Below, one piece after another: positions 48,320 through 58,297 of a stretch of DNA of 64,000 nucleotides. Every line of letters begins with the position of its first letter. The first letter of the stretch is position 1. This stretch comes from an uncultured Acidobacteriota bacterium. Lineage in GTDB: Bacteria > Acidobacteriota > JAQAZP01. The position numbers and the translations under genes are program-made. Below the pieces are notes generated by a model. The model was not told the DNA's origin, ran no database searches, and worked only from the letters and a program-made list of their open reading frames with translations. Location of the stretch: assembly GCA_963836075.1 (NCBI GenBank), contig CAWIIB010000009.1, forward strand, positions 192,001 through 256,000, in the 5' to 3' direction.

Positions 48320-51300
48320 TCAGTATCTCAGCCCACCCACCTTGACCCCGTGGGTCACTGTCGACGTGTCGTAAGCGTAGAAGTTGACACCACCCAGGGC
48401 GGTGAGCGCCAGGCCGTCGTAGTTCCACCCCCGCACCCGGGGCGGGTTATACCACGCGGGACCGGGACCGGTGATGATCTCGTCGATGCCGTCATTGTCC
48501 AGGTCGCCGCAGGAGACGTTGACCCCCTGCTGGCCGAAATCGTACGCAAAGAAGTTTACCGCCGGGATCGACTGAACCGCTCCGGACCCGTCCCAGTTCC
48601 AGGCCCGCACGTGGGGACCGAACACCGCACCCGGCCCGGCGCCGGTGACCATCTCGTCAATGCCGTCACCGTCGATGTCGCCGCAGCTGACGTTGACCCC
48701 GTACTTCAGAGTGCCGTAGGCGAAGAAGGAGACACCGGGGATGGACGAGGCGCCCCCGCCGTCGCAGTTCCAGCCCCGGACGTGGGGACCATACACCGCA
48801 CCCGGGCCCGCCCCGGTGACGATCTCGTCGAAGCCGTCGCCGTCGATGTCACCACAGCTGACATTGACCCCCCACTTGGGTGTGCCATAGGCAAAGTAGG
48901 AGATGCCGGGGATCGGCGTGGGAGTTCCCGACCCGTCCCAGTTCCAGGCCCGCACGTGGGGGCCGAAGACCGCGCCGGGTCCGGCGCCGGTGACGATCTC
49001 GTCAAAGCCGTCGTTGTCCAGGTCGCCGGTGCAGACGTTGACCCCGTACTTGTTGGTTCCGTAAGCCAGGAACGAGACCCCGGGCAGGGGCGTACCGTCG
49101 TGCTGGAACCCGCGGACGTGGGGACCGAAGACCGGCCCGGGCCCGGCGCCGGTGAGCACCTCGGGCTCGGGCGTACCGTCCAGCTCGCCCAGGGCCACGT
49201 TGACCCCCCAGCGGTCGATTCCATAGGCCGGCCACTCGGTGTAGGCCCTGCCCATGTTAAAGGGGAACAGACGCACCAGCGGAGGGTTCTCCTCACCGGC
49301 GCCGGGCCCGGTGACCAGCAGCCCGGTGGCCACAAGATCCACGGCGTTGTTGTTGATCAGGTGTATGCCGGGGTACACGGCCGCCAGAACGACTTCCTGA
49401 TCCCCGTCGCCGTCCACATCGCCAAAGGACCACATACTTATCGAGTCGCCGGTGGAAAAGCTTCCATGCAAGGTGAAGGAGCCATCCCCGTTGCCCAGAA
49501 CCAGCACCAGGTCGAGGCCGAGGTCATCGAGGAGCAGCAGGTCGGGGGCACCATCCAGATTGATGTCCGCTGAGGTGACGTTCTTGCTCCATCGGTGGCC
49601 CGAGTGGTAGGCAGCGGCACTGCCAAACGTGCCGCTCCCGCTGTTGAGCAGAACCGAGACGATGCCGCTGGAAATGCTTCCCGTGGCCAGGTCAACATCG
49701 CCGTCGCCATCGAAGTCGGCAGCAGCGATGCCCGACGGATCGGTGGCGTCATAGAGTTGGGGCGGAGAGAAACTTCCGTCACCGTTGTTTCTCAGCACCA
49801 CCACGTTCCCGCCTTCCGATTCCGGTTGATCCATGGCCGCATCGAGGTCGCTGTCGCCGTCCAGATCAATCAGAATGATATCGGTGGCCCGCCGGGTGGC
49901 CTCGTGGAATACCGGTGCAGCAAGCGTCCCGTCACCATCGTTGAGCATGATGCCCAGTTGATTTTCAGTCCGGTAGGCCACGGCCGCATCGAGGTCGCCG
50001 TCACCGTCAAGATCGCCCAGGGCAACGGCATTTTGATTGAACACCGTATCGTAGATCTGGCCGGTGGGAAACGTACCATCACCGGCATTGAGCAGGACTT
50101 CCAGACTGTGATTGTTTCCGTCGCGGACCAGAATATCGGTGAAACCGTCGCTGTCCAGGTCACCGGTGGTCAATCCCGTGGGGATCACGCCTGCATCGAA
50201 GCCCGCTGGTTCGGAGAACCCGCCCGGGTCCTGGTTGAGAAGAACCTGGATCGATTGGGGAGCAGACACGCCCGCAGCCACATCCGGATCACCGTCACCA
50301 TCCAGATCGTCCATGGCCAGGCTGAGTTTGTCCCATTCCAGGTGGAGCAATTTTTCACAGTGGAAAGTGCCGTCCGGCCGTCCCAGCAGAACACAGGCAT
50401 ACTCCGAGGGGGAGATCATCAGGGCGTCAAGCACGTCGTCGCCATCCATGTCGGCCAGGGCCACGGAATATCCCCACCCGAAACAGCGCCGTGGCTCATC
50501 GAAAGTCCCGTCGCCATTGTTGAGCAGGACTTCATGTCCTCCATGGGCAACCAGGAGATCGAGGTCGCCGTCGGCATCGAGGTCGCCAACCTGCCACCCC
50601 CCGATGGGAGTGACCAGCAAGCTGGACGCGCCGAAGCTGCCTTCACCGTTGCCGAAGCAGAGATAGAGCCTCCCCTGCTCCCCCCGGTAGAGGAGATCGA
50701 GTTGCCCGTCGCCATCCATGTCGTGCAGCCCCATGGATCCGGCGATCTCCACCAGGGGGTAGGGCCGGATGGAGACGAACGTGCCGCTGCCGTCATTGTG
50801 CAGGACGAATGACCGTTCAGCCGCCACACCCTGCTCGCTTCCCACCACCAGGTCGAGATCTCCGTCCCCGTCAAGATCGCCGGAAGCGGCGCAGTTGATT
50901 GAGTGGAGCAGCGCGGTGGACTGGCCCTGGTCAAGGGTGCCGTCCCCCTGCCCGACCAGCAGCCGCACCGACTGGGGCTGGCTGATGATGACATCCACCA
51001 CGCCATCCCCGGTGAAGTCGGCAGGCTCGATGACCCGGTCCGTGCCGGGCTCAAAAACATCTCCGGCGGAAAAACGGCCGTCGCCGATGCCGAGGAATAT
51101 CTTGAGCGCCGTGGTGCTGCCGGTTTTCGAGAGCAGCAGGTCCGGGTAAGGATCATCATTGAGCAGGGCGAAGCGGAAATCCCCGTTCAGCTCACCGACC
51201 AGAGTGATGACCGGTTCAGCGAACTCGCCCTCACCCGTTCCCAGGCGGGTTACAATGGCATCGGTTGCATCTTCATACCGTTCGCAGAGGCCCACCATAT

Positions 51301-51490
51301 CCTCGATCCCGTCAGCGTTCAGATCCGCCGTGTCCAGGTCGTCCGCCCGCTCCCCGCCCAGATGGAAATGTCGGGCCGTGTCGAAAAGATATTCGGCGCT
51401 ACAGGGAACCGGGAGGAGGTGGAGTCCGGCGAGGAAGAGGACCACCAGGAGAGGCCATATTCCGCGACCATGAAGGAGTATCATCACCAA
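48320..51490 (-). CDS. Secreted VCBS/FG-GAP repeat protein with C-terminal six-repeat propeller
   Basis: 1056 aa; same architecture; ends HGVKVGGLRY. Confidence 0.88.
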   Translation of the reverse strand: MVMILLHGRGIWPLLVVLFLAGLHLLPVPCSAEYLFDTARHFHLGGERADDLDTADLNADGIEDMVGLCERYEDATDAIVTRLGTGEGEFAEPVITLVGELNGDFRFALLNDDPYPDLLLSKTGSTTALKIFLGIGDGRFSAGDVFEPGTDRVIEPADFTGDGVVDVIISQPQSVRLLVGQGDGTLDQGQSTALLHSINCAASGDLDGDGDLDLVVGSEQGVAAERSFVLHNDGSGTFVSIRPYPLVEIAGSMGLHDMDGDGQLDLLYRGEQGRLYLCFGNGEGSFGASSLLVTPIGGWQVGDLDADGDLDLLVAHGGHEVLLNNGDGTFDEPRRCFGWGYSVALADMDGDDVLDALMISPSEYACVLLGRPDGTFHCEKLLHLEWDKLSLAMDDLDGDGDPDVAAGVSAPQSIQVLLNQDPGGFSEPAGFDAGVIPTGLTTGDLDSDGFTDILVRDGNNHSLEVLLNAGDGTFPTGQIYDTVFNQNAVALGDLDGDGDLDAAVAYRTENQLGIMLNDGDGTLAAPVFHEATRRATDIILIDLDGDSDLDAAMDQPESEGGNVVVLRNNGDGSFSPPQLYDATDPSGIAAADFDGDGDVDLATGSISSGIVSVLLNSGSGTFGSAAAYHSGHRWSKNVTSADINLDGAPDLLLLDDLGLDLVLVLGNGDGSFTLHGSFSTGDSISMWSFGDVDGDGDQEVVLAAVYPGIHLINNNAVDLVATGLLVTGPGAGEENPPLVRLFPFNMGRAYTEWPAYGIDRWGVNVALGELDGTPEPEVLTGAGPGPVFGPHVRGFQHDGTPLPGVSFLAYGTNKYGVNVCTGDLDNDGFDEIVTGAGPGAVFGPHVRAWNWDGSGTPTPIPGISYFAYGTPKWGVNVSCGDIDGDGFDEIVTGAGPGAVYGPHVRGWNCDGGGASSIPGVSFFAYGTLKYGVNVSCGDIDGDGIDEMVTGAGPGAVFGPHVRAWNWDGSGAVQSIPAVNFFAYDFGQQGVNVSCGDLDNDGIDEIITGPGPAWYNPPRVRGWNYDGLALTALGGVNFYAYDTSTVTHGVKVGGLRY

Positions 51491-51612
51491 CCCCTTTATA
51501 TATCAGTCAGATAGAAATGATTGGAAATAAAACCGACCCATTTCGGCCCCGATGACGTGGCCGATTTTGTTCATAATAAACAGGATACCGCAACCGGGCA
51601 AGTGACGGGCAG

Positions 51613-51641
51613 AAAAAAGGCCCGGGAAAAACTCCCGGGCC
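51613..51641 (-). terminator. Rho-independent terminator
   Basis: GGCCCGGGA/TCCCGGGCC stem followed by T6 on the minus strand, just downstream of the stop at 51678. Confidence 0.8.
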
Positions 51642-51677
51642 GTGTTGGTTATCTTCAGTTGTCAGCCAGCGGCATCA

Positions 51678-54229
51678 TCAGGGGGATGTCGCCACCACCG
51701 TGCAGGCGTCGCTGTCGGTGTCGCCCGACGGTGCAAACGGCGGCTGGTTGTAGGGAGCAGGGGTCACATCCTCACCGATGATGGTGAAGACGTTGCTGCC
51801 CACCAGCGAGCCGAGGGCCGGCAGGCCCTGGTTCCAGAAGGTGCTGAACACCTCGCCGGAGCTGAGGTTGGTCCAGCCGGCCCGCCAGTTGGTGTACGGG
51901 GTGCCGTTGCCGATGACCACGTCGATCCGGCCGGCGGCCCGGCGGTTCTCTGTAGTCAGGTTGGCCAGCGATACCGCCATCTGGGTGGTGAAGGGCAGCA
52001 CGCCGCTGGCCGGGGTGCAGCCGATGGTGGTGGCCACCGTGTCGGTGGGAGTCACCGTGCCGCCGAGACCCCAGATCTCAACGTCGTCGATGTTCCAGCC
52101 GGAGAAGAGCCAGCTGGAATCGGTGGTGCCCATGGTCCAGCGCAGGTAGACGGTGGACTGTCCGTCGGCCACGGCGGAGATGTCGTATTCCACCTGGCTC
52201 CAGGAGGAATCGGTGATCTCTTCACCGTTCTCCCAGACCGTGGTCCAGGTGGAGCCGTTGTTGCTCACCCGCACGTAGGCATGGTCATAGGACGGCTGCT
52301 CCACGTTGAGGTAGCGCCAGAACTTCACCGAGACCGAGCTCAGCGACGAGCAGTCGATGGCGGTGCTGGTGAGGTGCGTCTCCGACATGCTGTTGGTGTA
52401 GTCGCCGGAGAGGTTGTAGCCGTACACGCTCGGGCCGGTGTAGCCGCTGGTGGGATCGGGGTTGCCGTACTCGCCGCCGCCGCCGGTGGGGGTCCCGTGG
52501 GCCCAGAGGCCCTGGGTGGTCCAGCCGGGGTTGCTGCTCAGGTCGTAACTGTAGATCAGGCCCGGCACTCCGACCTGCAGGCTCACCGCCCGGGTGGTGT
52601 CACCCTCGCCAGTGGTGTTGTTGGTGAAGGTGACCGTGTCGCTGTATCCGCCGTCAGCCAGGGAGCCGGCCCCGGAGTTGATCGAGACGGTGACCGTGGT
52701 GCTGCCGCCGCCGGGGATCGAGCCGCCGCCGGTGGAGAGGGTGACCCAGGAAGCAGTCTTGGTCGCGGTGAAATTGATGCTGCCGGCGTTGTTGTTCTCC
52801 ACGGTGTAGACCATGCTCGAGGGGGTGAACGGTCCGCCGCTCTGGCCTTCGGAATCAAGACCGCCGGCCGGGGTGACCCGCATGCCGGACGAGCCGGGGA
52901 TCAGGGTGTCGAGGGTGGTGGCGCCGCTGCCGATGGGGTCGAGCCAGTTGCTCAGGCGGGTGGAGTTGCTGCCGCCGCCGGTCCAGGAAGTGTAGAGCCG
53001 GCCGTACCAGTCGGCGGTCTGGCTGGTGCAGGAGGCGTAGCCGCCATGCAGCTGGCCAATGATGCGGTGGTTCGGGTCGTAGAGCGGCGAGCCGGAGGAA
53101 CCGGGCTCGGTGGTCCCGTCATCCCAGTCGGTGACCTTGATGTGGGTCGAGTTACCGGGCACGCTGTCGCCCAGGTAGCTGGTGATCGAGGTGGGATCGT
53201 TCTCGAAGCTGATCGCCTTCTCGTCGGTGCCCGGATGGTGGATCGCCACGGCGCTGGAGGTGGCGCTGTTGACACGGCTCCAGCCGGAGTAGGTCACGCC
53301 GAAGTCCGGGTCGGGCATCTCTTCCATTTCCACCAGACAGAAGTCGGAGGAGCTGTAGTCGGCACGGAAGATCACGCCGCTGTTGAAATCGCTCAGCGAT
53401 CCGCCGCTGAGGTCGCCGCAGTTGGGGCTCTCGTAAGTTCCAGTAGACCACCACCGACTGGTCGTTGCCGGTGGAGATCCCGCAATGGTAGGCGGTGAGG
53501 AAGTAAGGTGTCTCGTCCTCGGCGGTATTGTTGATCATCGCTCCCGGAGCAGTACCAGGTGCCGTTGATGGTGTAGACACCCGACGAGGGGATCTCGTCC
53601 CGCCAGTCGTCGCCTTCGGGGCAGATCACGTCGTTGTTGCAGCTTCCCTGCAGGATATCGAGGGTTTCGCCAAAGTAGCGGTAGCCGATGTTGACGGAAC
53701 CCAGCTCCAGTTCCAACCGGTCGAGGTATTTCTCGGGGACCGTCACTTCGATGATGATGTTGTCGCCCAGCACCACCGGGGTCCAGAGCTCGTTGGCCTG
53801 GTTGTTGTCGGCCGCGGTGAAGTCGCGGGAAACCACGTAGCTCTCATCAGCGGAGTAGAGCAGCAGCGAGCCGCCCTCGGGCATAACGTAGCGGGTGAAA
53901 CCGAGGTTGAGGGAGAGCGCGCCCAGCGACTCCACCCGCAGCCGCCAGAGCTTCATCCCCTCACCCAGGTCTTCCCAGGTGCCGTGGGTCGCCGGTGAAA
54001 CCTTGACTTCCTTGGGCACGGCGAACCGGGCCGGTTCTCCCATGGCTTCACGCTCCTCATCCTCCCAGGCCAGCAGCTCGATGTTCAGCGACGGAAACAC
54101 CACCGCATCAACAGACTCCAGATCCAGCACCGGGTGATTCGAGGTGACCGGAACGGCGGCCGCAGTGGGCAGGGCCAGCAGAGTCAAAAACGCACACAGA
54201 AATGTCCAGGAAATCAGCTTCACGCGCAT
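51678..54229 (-). CDS. Secreted lysyl endopeptidase-like S1 protease with Ig/BACON-like, jelly-roll and C-terminal NQPP domains; frameshifts near 53540 and 53432
   Basis: GGAGGAG RBS; CNNDVICPEG; TAYHC, DFCL and GSSGSP motifs across three ORFs. Confidence 0.85.
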
Positions 54230-54637
54230 CAATACTCCTCCCAAAAGGTAACCGGAACGTGTGGAGACAGCGGGAATCGGCGGGGATATCGCTCGTTAGA
54301 CTCCCTCAACTGACTGTGGTGGGCTCCTTTATGGCCATCGTGGCCGGGAGCCCTCACTCTCATACAACAACTGTAAACAATATAGGTTATGAGCGGTTTA
54401 AAATCAACACCAAGTTTATCTTTATCGTCCAAAGTGCTTGCACCAAAAGAACAAAACACCTATTATCAGTGCTTATAAAGGTCGACGGGTACGCTGGTTG
54501 AAAGCAGTTCGCATGCCCCGAACCGTTCATACCGGCCACGGACTCCATTCCAGGTGCCCGCCATTGCCATTCCTGGCGGGCAGACCCAGGTTATGTAAAG
54601 CCATCCTTGCCATTACGTGAGAAGGAGGAGAGTGAAG

Positions 54638-57190
54638 ATGTTGAAACGGATCGCAATCCTGACAGTAATAACGGCCCTGTGCTGCTGGCCCCTCTCGGCC
54701 CCGGCCGCACCGGTGGCGCCCGAAGGCGAACTGCTGGTCATGGTGGACGGGGGGAACCCCGATGCCGTCCGGATGCTGGACGGTCTGGGCGCACCGGTCT
54801 ACCACCGGGCCACTGGCCGTCTGCTGGCCGGCGTGGACAGCGCAGGTCTGGAAGTCCTGGGCGACAACGCCGTTCTGCTGGACCGCACGCCCTGGTCCGC
54901 GGGCACCAGCTACTACTGGATGATGATCCGTGACGGCAGGGACGCCGCCTTCCCCGCCGCCGCCGGTATCGAGCTGCTCTTCCGCGATGGCGGGGTGGCG
55001 CTGATCAAGGCCGGTCTCGACGAGGCCGAAAAACTCTCCATGGCCGGGCACGAGCTGGCCATGGTGACCCGCAGCCACAAGACGCTGGCCGCCCCCACAA
55101 AGAGCACCGCGCTCAGCGGCACCCGGGCCTTTGGCGGCGAGATCGACGACATGGTGGCCGACATCAACCAGCTGAGCTACACCAACAAACTACAGAACCT
55201 GGAAGATTTCGGTACCCGCTACTCCTACGCCCCGGAGAACGACGACGCCGGCGACTGGATCTACAACCAGTTCACCGGCTTTGGCCTGGACACCGAGCGC
55301 CACTGGTTCAGCATCGGCGGCAACCAGCGGATGAACGTGATCGCCACCCTGCCCGGCTACGTCTACCCCGACGAGGTGGTCTTCATCTGCGGCCACTTCG
55401 ACAGCACCTCCGAAGACCCCTACAACTCGGCCCCGGGCGCCGATGACAACGGCAGCGGCACCGCGGCCACCATCGAAGCGGCGCGGGTGCTCTCCAACTA
55501 CACCTTCGAGCGGACAATCAAGTTTGCCGCCTGGTCCGGCGAAGAGCAGGGCCTGGTGGGATCTAGCGCCTACGTGGACGACATCGCCGCCGCCGGGATG
55601 GACGTGGTGGCGGTCTACAACCTGGACATGATCGCCTACTCGGGCAACGACCCGGCCCCGCCGGACCTGGTGATCTACACCAATGGCAACTCCCTGCCGG
55701 TGGCCAACCTGCTCAGTGACGCCATCCTCTACTACGTGCCCGCCGAGGTGGAGCCGGTGATCGACACCAGCGCCCTCACCGCCAGCGACCACGCCTCTTT
55801 CTGGGACCACGGCTACCAGGCGATCCTGGGCATCGAGGACGAGGCCTGGGGCAGCGACTTCAGCCCGTACTACCACAGCACCAGCGACCTGGTGGTCAAC
55901 TGCGACCTGGCCTACGCCACCGCCTGCACCAAGGCCGGCGTGGCCGCGGTGGCCGAAACGGCAGTGCCCTTCAACCCCACCGGGATGCGGGTCACCCCCA
56001 CCACAAGCTTCTACACCGAGGGCCCCAACGGCGGGCCGTTCACTCCGCAGACCTTCGACTACACCCTGACCAACTACGAGAGCTACGCCATCACCTACAC
56101 GGTGACCGAGAGCACGGCCTGGCTCGACAGCAGCTCCACCGGCGGCACCCTGCCCGCCCTGGGCACGGCCACGGTGACCCTGTCGATCAACAGCACGGCC
56201 AACGGCCTGGCCGACGGCGGCTACACCGCTGACGTCGACTTCGTCAACACCACCAACCACGACGGTGACACCACCCGCACCGTGGAGTTGACGGTGGGCG
56301 TACCGGTGATGCAGCAGCAGTGGACCATGGACAGCAACCCCGGCTGGACCACTCAGGGCCTCTGGGCCTGGGGCCAGCCCACCGGCGGCGGCGGGCAGTA
56401 TGGCAACCCCGACCCCACCAGCGGCCACAGCGGCCCGAACGTCTACGGCTACAACCTCTCGGGCGACTACGAAAACTACCTCAACGAGACGCACCTCACG
56501 TCCAGCGCCATCGACTGCTCCACCCTGAATACGGTGATCCTCAAGTTCTGGCGCTACCTCAATGTCGAGCAGCCGGTCTACGACCACGCCTACGTCCGGG
56601 TGAGCAACGACGGCAGCAACTGGACCCAGGTCTGGACCAACACGGCCGAGATCACCGACTCGTCCTGGAGCCAGGTGGAATACGACATCTCCGCCGTGGC
56701 CGACGGCCAGTCGACGGTCTACCTCCGCTGGACCATGGGTGAGACCGATACCGCCTGGCAGTATTCGGGCTGGAACATCGACGACGTGGAGATCTGGGGC
56801 ATCGACGGCTCGTCCCAGCCCACCGACACGGTGCAGGTGGCCATCGGCTGCAGTCCGGACAACGGCGTGCTGCCCTTCACCACCCAGTTTGCGGTGTCGC
56901 TGTCCAACCTGACCACCGAGAACCGCCGGGCCGCCGGCCGGATCAACATGGTGATCGGCAACGGCACCCCGTACACCAACTGGCGCGCCGGCTGGACCAA
57001 CCTCAACGACGGCGAGACCTACAGCACTGTCTGGAACCAGAGCCTGCCGGCCCTCGGTTCGCTGGTGGGCGACAACGTCTTCACCCTCATCGGCGTGGAC
57101 GTCACCCCGGCGCCCTACAACCAGCCGCCATTCGCCCCGTCAGGCGACACCGACAGCGACGCCTGCACGGTGGTGGCGACAGCGAAGTAG
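54638..57190 (+). CDS. Secreted M28 aminopeptidase with Ig/BACON-like, jelly-roll and C-terminal NQPP domains
   Basis: GHFDS, PGADDNGSG, GEEQGL, NLDM, SDH and YYHS zinc-ligand motifs; AGGAGG RBS; signal peptide. Confidence 0.9.
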   Translation: MLKRIAILTVITALCCWPLSAPAAPVAPEGELLVMVDGGNPDAVRMLDGLGAPVYHRATGRLLAGVDSAGLEVLGDNAVLLDRTPWSAGTSYYWMMIRDGRDAAFPAAAGIELLFRDGGVALIKAGLDEAEKLSMAGHELAMVTRSHKTLAAPTKSTALSGTRAFGGEIDDMVADINQLSYTNKLQNLEDFGTRYSYAPENDDAGDWIYNQFTGFGLDTERHWFSIGGNQRMNVIATLPGYVYPDEVVFICGHFDSTSEDPYNSAPGADDNGSGTAATIEAARVLSNYTFERTIKFAAWSGEEQGLVGSSAYVDDIAAAGMDVVAVYNLDMIAYSGNDPAPPDLVIYTNGNSLPVANLLSDAILYYVPAEVEPVIDTSALTASDHASFWDHGYQAILGIEDEAWGSDFSPYYHSTSDLVVNCDLAYATACTKAGVAAVAETAVPFNPTGMRVTPTTSFYTEGPNGGPFTPQTFDYTLTNYESYAITYTVTESTAWLDSSSTGGTLPALGTATVTLSINSTANGLADGGYTADVDFVNTTNHDGDTTRTVELTVGVPVMQQQWTMDSNPGWTTQGLWAWGQPTGGGGQYGNPDPTSGHSGPNVYGYNLSGDYENYLNETHLTSSAIDCSTLNTVILKFWRYLNVEQPVYDHAYVRVSNDGSNWTQVWTNTAEITDSSWSQVEYDISAVADGQSTVYLRWTMGETDTAWQYSGWNIDDVEIWGIDGSSQPTDTVQVAIGCSPDNGVLPFTTQFAVSLSNLTTENRRAAGRINMVIGNGTPYTNWRAGWTNLNDGETYSTVWNQSLPALGSLVGDNVFTLIGVDVTPAPYNQPPFAPSGDTDSDACTVVATAK

Positions 57191-57216
57191 AAGGAGAAGA
57201 GGGTACGGCAGATGTT

Positions 57217-57374
57217 GGGGACGTACATGAATTTATGAATTTTTCTGCCGGGGGACATCAGGGACGTACATAAGACTATAACTTTAGGTGGTCAGCACGG
57301 CCTTGAGGTTCGATGTTGGCCATCCAATTCCTTACAAGCGGGTAGCATAAAGTTATAAAGTTATGTAAGTCCCC
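57217..57374. repeat. AT-rich element with GGGAC..GTCCCC inverted ends (REP/MITE-like remnant)
   Basis: GGGACGTACATAAGACTATAACTTTA (57261) is an imperfect inverted match to TAAAGTTATAAAGTTATGTAAGTCCCC (57348); extra GGGGACGTACAT at 57217. Confidence 0.6.
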
Positions 57375-57388
57375 AGTGTACGGTGTAC

Positions 57389-57431
57389 AAAAAAACCGGG
57401 ATTGGGGAGTTCCCACTACCCCAACCCCGGT
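57389..57431 (-). terminator. Rho-independent terminator
   Basis: CCGGG.TTGGGG / CCCCAA.CCCGG stem with a T-run on the minus strand. Confidence 0.7.
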
Positions 57432-57484
57432 AAAAATCGCTGTGTTGCTCTCGTTACGGTTCTGATCTGGAACAGAACCTCACG

Positions 57485-57568
57485 TCAGGTGGATGGCAGT
57501 ATCGCGATCAACATGGTCAGGAGCGCTGTCCAGATCAGGATCTCCAGATACTGTTTGCTCCTGGTCAC
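57485..57568 (-). CDS. Candidate 27-aa single-TM peptide
   Basis: AAAGGTGG RBS, GTG start, MTRSKQYLEILIWTALLTMLIAILPST, followed by a terminator. Confidence 0.35.
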   Translation of the reverse strand: MTRSKQYLEILIWTALLTMLIAILPST

Positions 57569-57634
57569 TCTGTCCACCTTTGCTAAAAGATGACCTCGTG
57601 GTCACTGCAATGTTCACTCCAACAGGTTGTGTAA

Positions 57635-57982
57635 TCAGTGGGCGGCGGGGTGGACGAGGTGCGAGTAGTCGATGGCCGGGTCCATTTCGTTGGGCACCAG
57701 CATCATTCCCCCGCTGCCGTCGTCGGCTTCCACCGACCTGACGTAGTTATCGTCCACCAGTTCCCTGATCAGCCGGTCGAAATTCCGGACCCAGGTGCGG
57801 TAGGCGATCACGTTGTCCTCCACCTCGAAATCAATTTCATCACGGTCGTAGCCGGTGATGGCCCAAAAAACCGAACGCTCCCACTGATCCGGGGTGGTGG
57901 ATTTTAACCGCCGAATCTGCTTGATCATCTCAGACTTCATCACCGTCGCGGTGTCGCTGACCAGGATGCCTTCGTTGAGCAT
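57635..57982 (-). CDS. Hypothetical acidic protein
   Basis: 115 aa; GGAGG RBS; natural protein-like composition; no family recognised. Confidence 0.7.
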   Translation of the reverse strand: MLNEGILVSDTATVMKSEMIKQIRRLKSTTPDQWERSVFWAITGYDRDEIDFEVEDNVIAYRTWVRNFDRLIRELVDDNYVRSVEADDGSGGMMLVPNEMDPAIDYSHLVHPAAH

Positions 57983-58297
57983 AGCGTGCCTCCCAGGTGT
58001 AATGGCCTAGGTGTAACGGTCTTTGAAGCATTGTGGGAATTGGGGGGATTGGGGTCAATGACAATCTTCAGGGAGATCTTCCCCGCCAAGACGGTCATCG
58101 CATCCCCGGCAAGCGACCTGTCGATATAAGCTCTGATAATACATACATTTGACAGGATTTAGACCCGGTGGGCGAGCCGGGAAAGAACCAGGTTCGGTGG
58201 GACGACCAGCCGGCCATTCGACCTTTCCCGGGCAATGATTCACGCGAATGATAGACTAAATTTTATGATCATTGGCCCGGAAGGACAAACCGGCCGC

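Noticed and set aside
54240-54600. Riboswitch or ncRNA in the divergent protease intergenic region (GGGCTCC..GGAGCCC hairpin)
   Set aside because: Only one hairpin and no recognisable riboswitch consensus; an Rfam scan would be needed
16450-57190. Diversity-generating retroelement (repeated 3' gene ends as VR/TR)
   Set aside because: No reverse transcriptase or non-coding template copy in the window; the repeated 3' ends are conserved rather than adenine-variable
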